DNA from: Flaccisagitta enflata | Taxonomy: Eukaryota | Reading direction: 5' to 3' | Assembly: GCA_965153355.1 (NCBI GenBank) | Contig: OZ231126.1 | Coordinates: 47,058,001-47,122,000, forward strand | Length of the DNA stretch: 64,000 nucleotides | Notes under the pieces: generated by a model | The model's input: only the letters and a program-made list of their open reading frames with translations | Database searches by the model: none | What the model was told of the DNA's origin: nothing | Made by a program: the position numbers and the translations under genes | Shown: piece by piece, positions 33,045 to 44,500 of the stretch | Position numbering within the stretch: the first letter of the stretch is position 1 | Layout: the number at the start of each line of letters is the position of its first letter

Positions 33045-33333
33045 GCTCTGTGAAAAAGATGTGGAATCATAAATCACCGAGTACAGAGTGTCGTGATCAC
33101 TGCGATGTAAAAACTGAATGTGACCATTGTGTAAAATATCTAAGGCCAAAGAACATAAGCTCAAGTGTAAAAATTAAGCTTGGACGGATTGTTTGCGTGC
33201 TTAACATGACTGGACGGAAGACACTAATGTGAGGCTAGAAAACTAATGAGTCAAGATTGTGTCAGTAAAAGACATCGCCGCGGCTCCGATTTCGTTTGGC
33301 GAGGCGCCACCATCCAAACTAATGGCGAAGGTT

Positions 33334-36300
33334 TTAACCAAAAAAGTCATCATCGTCGCTGCTCTTGGGATGGTTCCGCTGACGTCTGGCGCCGTCATTC
33401 GAGGACGCGTCATCCAAATCCGAGTCACTTCCGGCGCCACGAAGAACGGAGGGTCGACCACCCGGTTTGGCGCCCACCGAAAACATGTTAAAATTCGTGG
33501 AAGGCTTTTTCGGTTGGTACGTTTTCGTTTGACGTGCAACCGGCTGTTGTTGCTGTTGTTGTTGTTGATGTTTCGATGGAGGATTGGAGATCGATGCCTT
33601 TGAGGCGGACCTCGATGGGGAGCCACTGACGGACTGAGATTTACTCTCGTTAGGTGAGCGTGGCGAAGGAGTGGGTTTCAGCGGGGGGGACATCGAGGAT
33701 TCCTCTGTTTGGATTATGATGTGCCGGTGTGAGTGAGTGTAAGAGAAGGAAAGGCGAAGGAGGAAGAGATAGAAGGGAAGAGACAGAAAAGATGAGGCAA
33801 AGTAAAGGAGATAGCAAAAAGGAGATAGCAAAAAGAACGAAAAGGAGGAAAGAAAGAAAAGGAGAAAAAGAAAAGGAGAAAAGAAAGAAAAGGAGAAAAG
33901 AAAGATAGGAGAAAAGAAAGAAAAGGAGAAAAGAAAGAAAAGGTGAAAAAAAAGAGGAGAAAAGAAAGAAGAGGGAAAATGGAAAAGGAGGAAAAATAGA
34001 AAAGGAGAAAAGAAATGGAGAAAAGAATGAAATGGAGGAAAGAAAGAAATAAAGGGAAGATGGAAAAGGAGGAAAGAAAGAAATGGAGGAAATGGAGGAA
34101 AGAAAGAAATGGAGGAAAGAAAGAAATGGAGGAAAGAAAGAAATGGAGGAAAGAAAGAAATGGAGGAAAGAAAGAAATGGAGGAAAGAAAGAAATGGAGG
34201 AAAGAAAGAAATGGAGGAAAGAAAGAAATGGAGGAAAGAAAGAAATGGAGGAAACAAAGAAATGGAGGAAAGAAAGAAATGGAGGAAAGAAAGAAATGGA
34301 GGAAAGAAAGAAATGGAGGAAAGAAAGAAAGGAAAAGGAAGAAAAGGAGGAGGAAAGAAAGAAATGGAGGAAAGAAAGAAATGGAGGAAAGAAATGGAGG
34401 AAAGAAAGAAATGGAAAAAATGGAGGAAAGAAAGAAATGGAAAAGAAAGGAGGAAAGAAAGAAAAGGAGGAAAGAAAGAAATAGAGGACAGGAAGAAAAA
34501 GAGGACAGGAAGAAAAGGAGGACAGGAAGAAAAGGAGGACAGGAAGAAAAGGAGGACAGAACGAAAAGAAGGAAAGAAAGAAAAAAAGAAAAATGAAAAA
34601 AAGGAGTGAAAACAGAAAAGCAAGAGATGAAAGAAAAGAACGAGAAGAAAGAAAATATACAGTAGAGAAGGAAAGATAGACGGGGGTAGAGAGGGACAGG
34701 TTAATAATATTACAATGGATTTACAGAATATTTTTTTTTTTTTCCTCAAAAGAAAAGAGGGCCAAGACAGCTGTCACCATTCCACTTACTTTTGGCTTTG
34801 CTCCCCAAGACGGCTTTTTGAATGGCATTTTCCAACTCGTCCTCGGACGAAGAGTCGAGAGCCTTGTTAGTATTGACCGCTCTGGAGGTCGACGACTCGC
34901 TCTTCATCGTGCTCATCATTTTCTGATAAGCCAAGTTGGCGTCTTCCTTTTCTTTGGCGTCGCTTTTCGCCTCGCGTTCGAAAATGTCGTCATCCTCGTC
35001 GTCTTCTTCGCTGCGTTGGCGACCGACTCGACTCGTGAATTCCCCTTTTTGATCCCGCGTCTGCTGTTTCTTTGGATTCTGGGAAGTGGCCGCAGTCGCC
35101 GCCGCCGCCGCTGCGGGAGAGCCTTTCTTTTTCTTCAATCCCATGGCTGGTGGTGCGTCGTTTCCAGTTCGTGAGTTGCTCAAATATTGACCCTCGTCGT
35201 TTCCGGTCTCGGCGTTGGTTGAACGATGAGGAGACATTTCCGGTAGAGACGTAGAATCCACGGATCCCAGGCTAGAATCGAGCATATCGAGCGTCCCCGC
35301 CAGATCACCGGCTGTCGTCGGCTTCATAGATGAATCGGGAGGCGCAGGCGGTAGTTGGGAACGTCGAGGCGATTGCTCCTCGCGTTGGGAATTCCGATCC
35401 TCTTCCTCCAAGTCCTCGTCGTCGTCATCATCGTCTTCATCGTTGGCGCTAGGAATACTGATAATCCCTCGTCTTTTCTCTTTGGAAGAATCCTTTTCCA
35501 CTTCAGTCTTGACGGGCGTGTGCTCAGGTCGCGAGTGTGAGCTTGTAGTCACTTCGCGATTTCCTTTGGGTGCATCGACTTGCTCACCCTGCGATGACCG
35601 TCTTTCTTGATACCGCACTCCACCCGAGACAGTTTTCCCGCCGTCGGAAAAGTTGAAAGAATCGATGTCTTCTCTTTCTAACGTTTTTTTATAATCGTCA
35701 ACAAGGTTTCTTTTCTCGCTGGTGGAATTCTGTTGCTCGATCGGGCTGAGTGAGCGTTGGCGAGACATACTTTCATCAAGTGAACCGATGTTCCCATGAG
35801 GACTAAAACTCGGTTTTACAACCTGATGCTGATGAACTGCATATTCAGGCGACGACGACCGATACTGGAGTTGCTGATCAGATGCCACTGGTTGTTGCTG
35901 TATTTTTGTTTTCGGAGGCTCAGATGGCTGTTGCATCTGCTGCGAAGTAGGGCCAGTAATTTGGTTCATTTGTTGGTCAAGTGGAAGAGAACCTTGAATT
36001 ATCTGTTGCTCAGATATCGCCGAAGGATGTAGTATTTGCTGTTCGTTCACTGCGAAGATTGGCTGCGAAACAGACGCCTGCACTTGTGGCAATTGACTTC
36101 CAGGGTTTTGAAGCTGGCTAGCCGCGATCTGATAAGCTTGATGTTGGAGAGAAACATTCACGCCGCCCCCTTGAGGATTACGATGGTCGGAGGGAAAATG
36201 TGTGGGGTGACCCACTAAGCCAGGAGTCATTTGAATTAAGGGGGCTGTTAAGAAATTTGGGGGTTGCGCCGAACAGGCAGAAACGGAATTTGGGGCTTGA

Positions 36301-37237
36301 CTGCTGAGAATGAATGGTGATGGATGTAGAGAGTAAGGGCCAGCCATTGATAGCGTGGTTGGTTGCGCAGGCCAAGTCTGTTTCGGCTGTTGGACATAGT
36401 GGCCCGATGATTGTGTCAAAATTGAAGGGCCAGATGGATATGATTGTCCACTCATTGCGAGAGCAGATTGCGGAGGCATCATTTGTTGCGGAAAATCCCC
36501 GGAGGAACGTGCCAGTAACGTCTGGAAAGTGGCAAAATGGAACTTAGGTTAAATTTTCCAAAAACAAATATACAAACCAAGAAAAGTATCGATATGTTGC
36601 TAACCTCATTTTTCCTTTTCTCCTCTTCCGCCTGTTTTTCTTCCTTCATCTTTCGATAAGAGGACAGTTGCTCTAACCAGCCAGGAAGTTCTCTCTCCAC
36701 CATCTTCTCATACTCGTCTTTGAGGGCCTTGAATCTATCGCTACGTTGACTCATCCACCGCATTCGAGTTTCAGCCCGCGCCAAATCTTCCCTGGAATAG
36801 GTGAAGGTGAGAATTATGTTAGCAAAATTTGGAAAAACAATATGATATTAAAAAAATTTGGATAAGGGTCGAGGAAAACAGATTAAGAATTAATACATCA
36901 GGCCATACAACAGCACAGAAAGAACGCGCTCCTTCAATGATTTGGTTTCAACCCTTTGCTGATGATTGAACCTTTTTAGCGTGAACACCCGCCTCAATAC
37001 TCACTTGATTTTCTCATTTCTAATCGCGGCTCTCCTTTCATCTTCGCAAATCTTCCTATAGTATTGTTCCAACCGTTGGCTCTTTTGTTTCGCCATCTTT
37101 AAATCAAGTCTGGCGACGCTGGTGTTCAACTGCCGGTCCAGAGCCATTCTGCGGGCCTCGAGATCGTGTTGCAGTCTTTGAACACTGGCGACCTTTTCCA
37201 AAAACGATATGGAATCGTTAGGCCGGTCGGTCGCCAT
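33334..37237 (-). CDS. KIZ: Kizuna-like centrosomal protein (4 exons, ~840 aa)
   Basis: Exons 37237-37005, 36791-36605, 36521-34790, 33704-33334 sum to 2523 nt in frame. N-terminal coiled coil (FLEKVASVQRLQHDLEARRMALDRQL..YYRKICEDERRAAIRN..FKALKDEYE) and acidic C-terminus (RNHPKSSDDDDFFG) match my recollection of the vertebrate kizuna termini. Confidence 0.8.
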
Positions 37238-37386
37238 GTCAATGCCCGACAGTTTTATGTTTTATGTCTCTCACCTCCTAGCTTGTCTGTCTGCATAATA
37301 AAAACTGCTATAACATAGCAACAAAAGGTGAACAATTCTCGATCCATCAGTTCCATCAAGGAAATTCAAATAAAACGACAAGTTAT

Positions 37387-38496
37387 TCATTTATGCTGGC
37401 CTCCGTACGGATCGGCGTTGTAAAGTTCAAACTGTTTCGGCGGCGCCGGCAACATTTGTTTGTCATACATATGGTGCATAACGTCTTGTACATGACGATG
37501 ATAGTTGATTTCCTTGAGCGTAGCGACACCGGCGTAGCGTTTAAGCCAAAAGGCGGGAGCGGCGAAAATGACGCCCATCACACCGCCGACAAGGCCGCCG
37601 ATGAGGCAAGCGCGAGGCCCTAACATGATGCGATTATTAAACCCGGCAAAGGCGGCGCCGGTTACCCAATGCCACCATTTCTCCTCCCCATCGACGACGT
37701 CCAGAGCGATGGCGACGCCTGACGTCACCATCATAAACCCAGTCAGCGGCAACGCGTAATTGAAACCGTTTTTGACGCCCGTGAAGAATAAATAATCGGT
37801 TCTTTTGCGGTTGGCCCCCATCGGCGACGTGTATTTCGTCGCGAGATTGAGCTGCAAGAATTTTGTGCGGGCGGCTTTTTGACCCTTTTTCCATCCGACG
37901 AAGAGTCCAACGGCGAAAGCGGTACACGTAAAGTCGTAAAATATGCGTAATTCCGTAGGAAATACCCCCGTCATGGGATTCCGGGTGACGGCGGCGCGAA
38001 GACGCTCCCGCGGCGTTTCATCCTCCTGACGTCGACGAGCTTCTTCCAGTATGAACTGATAGAGATCAGTGTCCAACGTCTCGTCGTAGGGACCTTTGGG
38101 TACTGGAGTCTCCAATTCCGTCGCCGAGGGCGTCTTGATCAACGCGGAGGAATCGTCGTCGGCGGTGGCGGCCTCTTCCGGCGAAGGATCACCGCCGCCG
38201 AAGTTAATTCGGAACAATCGTTTGACTTTTTCCGACAAAAAACTCGCCGTCGCTCCCAAATTGTGGAAGGTGTCCTCCGCATGGCGACTCACGATAGTCT
38301 CTGGTTGGGATGATAATGACGCGACGTCCGCGGGAGAAGTGACGGCATTTGGAGAGTCATCCGACACGCGGGAAAGGTTGCCGATTGATTGAGAATTGGA
38401 TCGATCGCCGGAGCAGTCTAGGGCTGAAGTTTGGTCATCATGGGGGTGATTATGCGATGAGGCTTTTACTACGGACCACAAGTGAGTTAGTGGCAT
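37387..38496 (-). CDS. TIMMDC1: TIMMDC1-like complex I assembly factor (Tim17/22/23 family), intronless, 369 aa
   Basis: Single ORF with ETPRERLR, glycine-rich TM segments, AARTKFLQLNLATKY..ANRKRTD..GFNYA and GAAFAG..LGPRACLIGGLVGGVMG, typical of TIMMDC1/140up. Confidence 0.85.
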   Translation of the reverse strand: MPLTHLWSVVKASSHNHPHDDQTSALDCSGDRSNSQSIGNLSRVSDDSPNAVTSPADVASLSSQPETIVSRHAEDTFHNLGATASFLSEKVKRLFRINFGGGDPSPEEAATADDDSSALIKTPSATELETPVPKGPYDETLDTDLYQFILEEARRRQEDETPRERLRAAVTRNPMTGVFPTELRIFYDFTCTAFAVGLFVGWKKGQKAARTKFLQLNLATKYTSPMGANRKRTDYLFFTGVKNGFNYALPLTGFMMVTSGVAIALDVVDGEEKWWHWVTGAAFAGFNNRIMLGPRACLIGGLVGGVMGVIFAAPAFWLKRYAGVATLKEINYHRHVQDVMHHMYDKQMLPAPPKQFELYNADPYGGQHK

Positions 38497-39266
38497 CGTG
38501 CCATATTCAAAAGAAGTTTTTTTATCAGCCTGAATGTTAACTTATTTCGAAAGCCTCACGCCTGATCTGCGGGTGGACAAAGGGGAAAAACAAAAACGTG
38601 AAAAGGGGAAATTTTTTTCAAATTAAAACGAAAAACGGCGATGAGGATTGAAGTAACTTAATATTAAGATTCGACGTGTTAGCTAGTTTTTTTTTTTGTA
38701 GAGGATATGATCAAAGCGACGTGTACTAATGTACTAAATAAGATGTATATACGAAAGTAAAGACGGAAATCGAATATAGACACGACGGACTATAATCCAT
38801 ACGGTTGATATAACGATTGAACACGAAAAAAATTAGAAATTTCTAAGCCTAAAACAGATGGAATATGATAAGAAAATTCATTTATAAAGTGCTTTTTTTA
38901 TAAACATGCGATTTCTTGCTCGCCAAGTCTTGACGTAAGACTGATATTTTGCACTCGGAGGAAATATTTTTCTTCTACCTACGAAATTGCACACATGTTG
39001 ACAATTGTCTTATGGTAGTCATATGGGTATATGGGTTGTCGATATCTATAAACCCTTTTGAATCGTGTGAACCGATTGGCAAAACATGATGAATCGATTA
39101 TGAAAGAAGAAAATTGTTTTCCAATGATCGTTAGGATTCTATGGGGACTTGCAAGCATGTATACTTATTTGTCTTAGTAATACATTTCCTATTAGCCAGT
39201 TAATTTTGCCAATTCGGCATGAGGACCCTGTCCCTCATAACGATGCGAGGCCACAACGGTCCCAAG

Positions 39267-41468
39267 TTACTGCGCGAGAGAGTTGTTGCCTCCAACGCCG
39301 CGCTCGCAAACGTTGCCGGACATTCTTTTAACTTCTTCCATGTATTTGCTCCAAGCGTCGTCTTTTCCGTCTTTCGGTTTCTCCTGTTACAGAGCAGAAA
39401 TTCAATTTGATGAAAATGAGGTAATATTCATTAATTCGACAAATCCAATATCGCACAAAAGTTTCAATTCCATTAATCAGTAATCATTATGCAATGCCGA
39501 ACCTCTGGTCTTTTTGGTTTTATAACCATTCCCGTCTTCAAAGCTTTTCCACCCACGCGTTTATTCGGCTAAAAATGCAAAGTAAATTTGAAGAAATCCA
39601 CATGAGAACACTCAAACAAGCTTCCAATTTCCATGAACAACGAAGTTAAATCAAAGCAACGGAATGTTTTTACTCACCCCACTTTGCAATGGAGTCCCTT
39701 GCTTCGACTGCTCCTTCTGTTTGTGAAAGGATAAGAATACAAATGTATTAAGATAACCACACAGCAACTGATAATTGAAAGTGCTCTCCTTTTTTCAAAA
39801 TTCCTTCGGGATCATAGTCAAAATTCATCTTGAAGATATGACAAAAAGGTAAGTTCGGCGATTTTACAAAGAAATAAAAGAGAAAGGTAAGTTTTGCAAA
39901 CTTCGACGCTTATTTTGAGCACCTTCTAGTTGGAATATTGAAAAAAGGAAAGCACTTTCAATTAACAGTTTTTTCTGCAGATTTCAAATCTGCCGTCAAA
40001 ACAGATATTCAAGCACTTTGAAATTTTTGGTTCCCCATAGAGGTAGGTTGTACCAAGGGTGAGACGCGGAAAGCTTAAAGTAGGATTTGTGTAGCAAAAC
40101 TGATCTTAACAGGAGCTCAAGACAACCCCACAGCATAAAGTGCATGTGGAATGCCAAATTTTTCACTTTTTGTCATTTAGGTACAAGCTAAGCAACACTG
40201 ATTTGATAACTCAGCAATCACTAACTACAATATGTAAATGATTTATACCTTTCGTTGTTCGATAACCCCTTGGGCGAATTCAGCAAAGCTTCCATCGTTG
40301 GCAAATCCAACGGCCGCAGCAGGATCAATATCATCCCGGGTAAAGTCCTAATAAGCAACAAGAAATGGTCAAATGGATCAAATTATTTTCACGGTGTGAC
40401 CCAACCGAGGCCTCTTTGTCAGCTTCAAAACCAAATCCAACAAAGGCATCCTTCTCTCCTCCTTTTCCTCCACTGTCTCCATCCCCCTCTTCCTCTACTT
40501 ATTGTCCTTCCTCCACTTTCTCTCTCCCCCTCTTCCTCCACTTTCTCTCTCCCCCTCTTCCTCCACTTTCTCTCTCCCCCTCTTCCTCCACTTTCTCCCC
40601 CTCTTCCTCCACTTTCTCTCTCCCCTCTTCCTCCACTTTCTCTCTCTCCCCTCTTACTCCACTTTCTCTCTCTCCCCCTCTTCCTCCACTTTCTTTCACT
40701 CCCCTCTTCCTCCACTTTCTCTCTCTCCCCCTCTTCCTCCACTTTCTCTCTCTCCCCTATTCTTCCTTTTTCTCTAGCCCTCTGAAGGGTCGATGACCTC
40801 TTCCACACATATGATTTTCCTTTTCTTCTTCCTCCTACGTCTCTCAAATCCCAGTCTCCTCCACTTCCAGTCTCAGGCCCAAATCCCAGTCTTGAGCTCC
40901 AAATCCCTCCCTCTCAATCCACCTCACCTAACAATCTAGCCTGGGCCAGATTTCAGTCTCTCAACTCTGCCTCAACGTCAAAATCTCAGCCAAGAGGCCT
41001 AAATCTCAGCCTCCAGGCTAGGATTTTGGCCTTGAGGCTAGGATTTGGGCCTTGAGACTGGGATTTGGGCCTCAAGACTGGGATTTGGGCCTTGAGACTG
41101 GAATTTGGGCCTCGAGACTGGAATTTGGGCCTCGAGACTGGGATTTGAGGGACGGAGGAGGAGGAGGAAAATCCCCCATATGTGTGAAAGCATAGGTCAT
41201 CGACCCCTTCGGGGCCGCTGCCCTGCTCCCCCCTCAACTTCAGCCACAACCTACTTAGGCAGGGCACGGGTACCGCTGACCATCTAACGCTTTTGCGACT
41301 ATTCTCTCTACCCCCTATTCCTCCACTTTCTCTCTTCCCCTCTTCCTACACTTTCTCTCTCCCCCTCTTCCTCCATTTTCTCACTTTCTCTCTCCCCCTC
41401 TTCCTCCACTTTCTCTCAATCTTCACTTTCTCACTTTCTCTCTCTCTCTCTTCCTCCACACTCTCTCT

Positions 41469-41509
<41 letters not shown>

Positions 41510-44500
41510 TCTCTCTCTCTTCCTTCATTGTCCACTACTGAATCTAGATTTATACCGAGGGCAACTTAAGAAAGGTCCAAGATAAGTTACTGATCAATGT
41601 GAACCGAAACCTCAGGCACTACTTCAACCATGCATATCAATACCGAGTCCATGGGAATATCGCGTTCCGGCGAGGCGCCGTCGTATCTCCTCATCGGTTC
41701 CGGTTCGGCTTCTAAATGATCTTCTATCGGCGGTGGATAATGATGGCCACCCATTCGAGGCGGCGGGTAACGCGGATCAGATCCATTCATTGGCCCACCG
41801 TGACGCCCGGGTGGCATTCGTGGGCCCCCAGGACGAGGCAAGCCTCCAATATCCATTGCGTGTGGCGGCATAATAGGAGGCCTCGCCATTGGAGAATGTG
41901 GCGGCATCCCCGGGTGTGGACCACGAATCGCCCCAGGCGGGGGACCGCGAGGACCGCCCGCCATGGGAAGAGGACCACGAGGCGTTCCAGCCATTGGAGG
42001 CGGGCCGCGAGGAGCCCCCGGTGCCAAGTGAGGTGGAGGTGCACCCGAGGCTGGAGGTGGCCCGCGAGCAGGACTGGGCGCCGGCCCTAATATGCCCGGA
42101 GTCCCCGGAAATGCGCCGAGAATTGAGCCTGCGGATGTAGGTGGGGGCTGACCCATGGGCGGCAGTTGGGCCTTGGGTGGAAGATCTCTGGGTGGAAGAT
42201 CTCTGGGTGGAAGATCTCTGGGCGGAAGATCTCTGGGCGGAAGCTCCCTTGGCGGAAACTCCCTGGGTGGAAGTTCCCTGGATGGATGCTCCCTAGGCGG
42301 CAAATCCCTAGGCGGAAAATCCCTGGGCGGAAAATCCCTAGGCGGAAAATCCCTAGGCGGAAAATCCCTAGGCGGAAAATCTCTGGGTGGAAGCTCCCTA
42401 TGTGGAGGTCGGAAACCATTTGGTGGCAGCGCGGGACGAGGCGGGCCCTGACTGGTATAAGGAGGGGGATCTGGTCGATCTGGTCGATCTGGTCGATCTT
42501 GTCGAGGGCGACGAGGATAAGGACCCAGTCGCTTGTTGCAAGTACCGCATTTCGATCGAGGGAGTGGACCCGAACAATCATGACATCTATAGGGGGAGGA
42601 ATGAGAGGAAAATTAAATGCATTATGACGCACTGAAATTAGATAAGGAAGAGTTTACCCAAAGGACTAAATTAACAATCATATTACCATTTTTGCACTGG
42701 TCAGTGATTGATTTGTTTTTTTCATAAATTAGATATGTAAACTTACATGAGGAAACCAATTGGTTACTTCAAATGACGAAGATACAAAAAGACTGAAGGA
42801 AACTCGCTTTTGAAGTGACAAAATGGTAGAAAAATTGATAACAACCATCTCAGTAACTGCCTATTGAAAATTTTAAATTTGCATAGAAAATCAAATTATG
42901 GACAAAACAAGAACATAGCGCGATTCCTAGATCAGCAACTGAGCGCGCTATGTTCTTCTTTTGTTCATATTTTGATTTTCTATGCAAATTTAAAATTTTC
43001 AATGGGTCATGGTACTTTGACAAAAAAAGTCTTTACTGAAATTCACTTGTTTTTTCAGCCATAAAATGAAAAATATGAGATCAAAACGGGCAGATGAAAG
43101 TTGATTCATGCAAAATATGTGTGTTGACAAGTTAATTGAAATTGTTAAACCAAAAATTTTCATAAAATTTCATTCCACAAAAATCATGCTTCATCTGGGT
43201 TGGGTAGCAAATTCTACGATAATTTTCAGTGCGTCTTATGAAGAGAGAAAAGAAATAAAGAAAACAAGGCCGAATTCACGGCTACCCCAGTAGCGTGCGG
43301 GTGGGCAGGGGCTGTTTTTGAGGTCACTATCATTTGGGCAGGAGCAGTGGGGCCAAAGATTGCAAGAAAAACAAAAAAGTTAAGTGTGATGGACGGATGG
43401 ACCAACAGACGGACCAAAGGACGGACAAAGCGGGGTGTAGAGTCGCGTAGCACGCGACTAAAAATGAATAGGAAAAACGGAATGAAAACGATGATAATAG
43501 AAATGAAACAAGGCCAAGTAGTGCAACGATGCGTTGTTTATGAATGAACATTTATTTACGTGTAAATGTTTTTTAATGAACAAATGAATGAACAAACGAA
43601 TGAATGAATGAATGAATGAATAAATGATCAAATGAGAGAATAAGTGGGTTGGTTAGTGGTAGTTTTAATGAGAAAATGCCTCAGATTTTGCAATTTAAAC
43701 ATTTGCGTAATAGAAAAACCATCCGACCAATAGACAGATACGACTTCTTATAAAGATGCGAGGAAAAAAGAAAGAAAAAGAGAAAGGAAGAAAGAAAAAG
43801 AGAGAAAAACAGAAAATGAATGACAGGAAGAAGTTGGAAAACTAAGAATTAAACTAAGAATGAGAGAAGATGACGAAAAAATGAGAAGTAACAAGTTGAA
43901 GAATAAGCCCTACCGGACAACGATGCGTCCGGGCTGTGTCTCAGCTTGTCCTCACGGACGCATCTAAAAATATCGGATTCGTCAGTTCTGCATGGTTCTA
44001 ACATTTGCGTGGCGGACGGACCGACAGATCGACCAACCCACCAACAGACAGACATGACCAAATGCGAGGCCGCACATAAAAAGGGAAGAAAAAAAAAAAA
44101 GGAAAAGAATTTGGAAAGAAAGGTCTAAGAAAAGAAAGAACAATGAAAGAAGATAAGGAAATGAAAAGAAAAAAGCTTCAAAATTACAGTCCCCGACTGG
44201 GGACTAATTTTTGAAGCTTTCTCGTTGCGTAAACGCAACTCGATGAGATACACGACAAGAGCAATTTCAAGAGAAAAAAAAGATATTCAATAATGTTTTA
44301 ATGGTGACAAAACTTTTTCAAAAAATTTTCAAAAAAAAATCTCAAAAAATTTTCAAAAAAATTTTCAGAAAATTTTCAAAAAATTTTCAAAAAAAATTTT
44401 TAAAAAAAATTTTCAAAAGAAATTTTCAAAAAAAAAATTTTCAAAAAAAAAATTTCAAAAAATTTTTCAAAAACAAAATTTCAAAAAAATTTTCAAAAAA

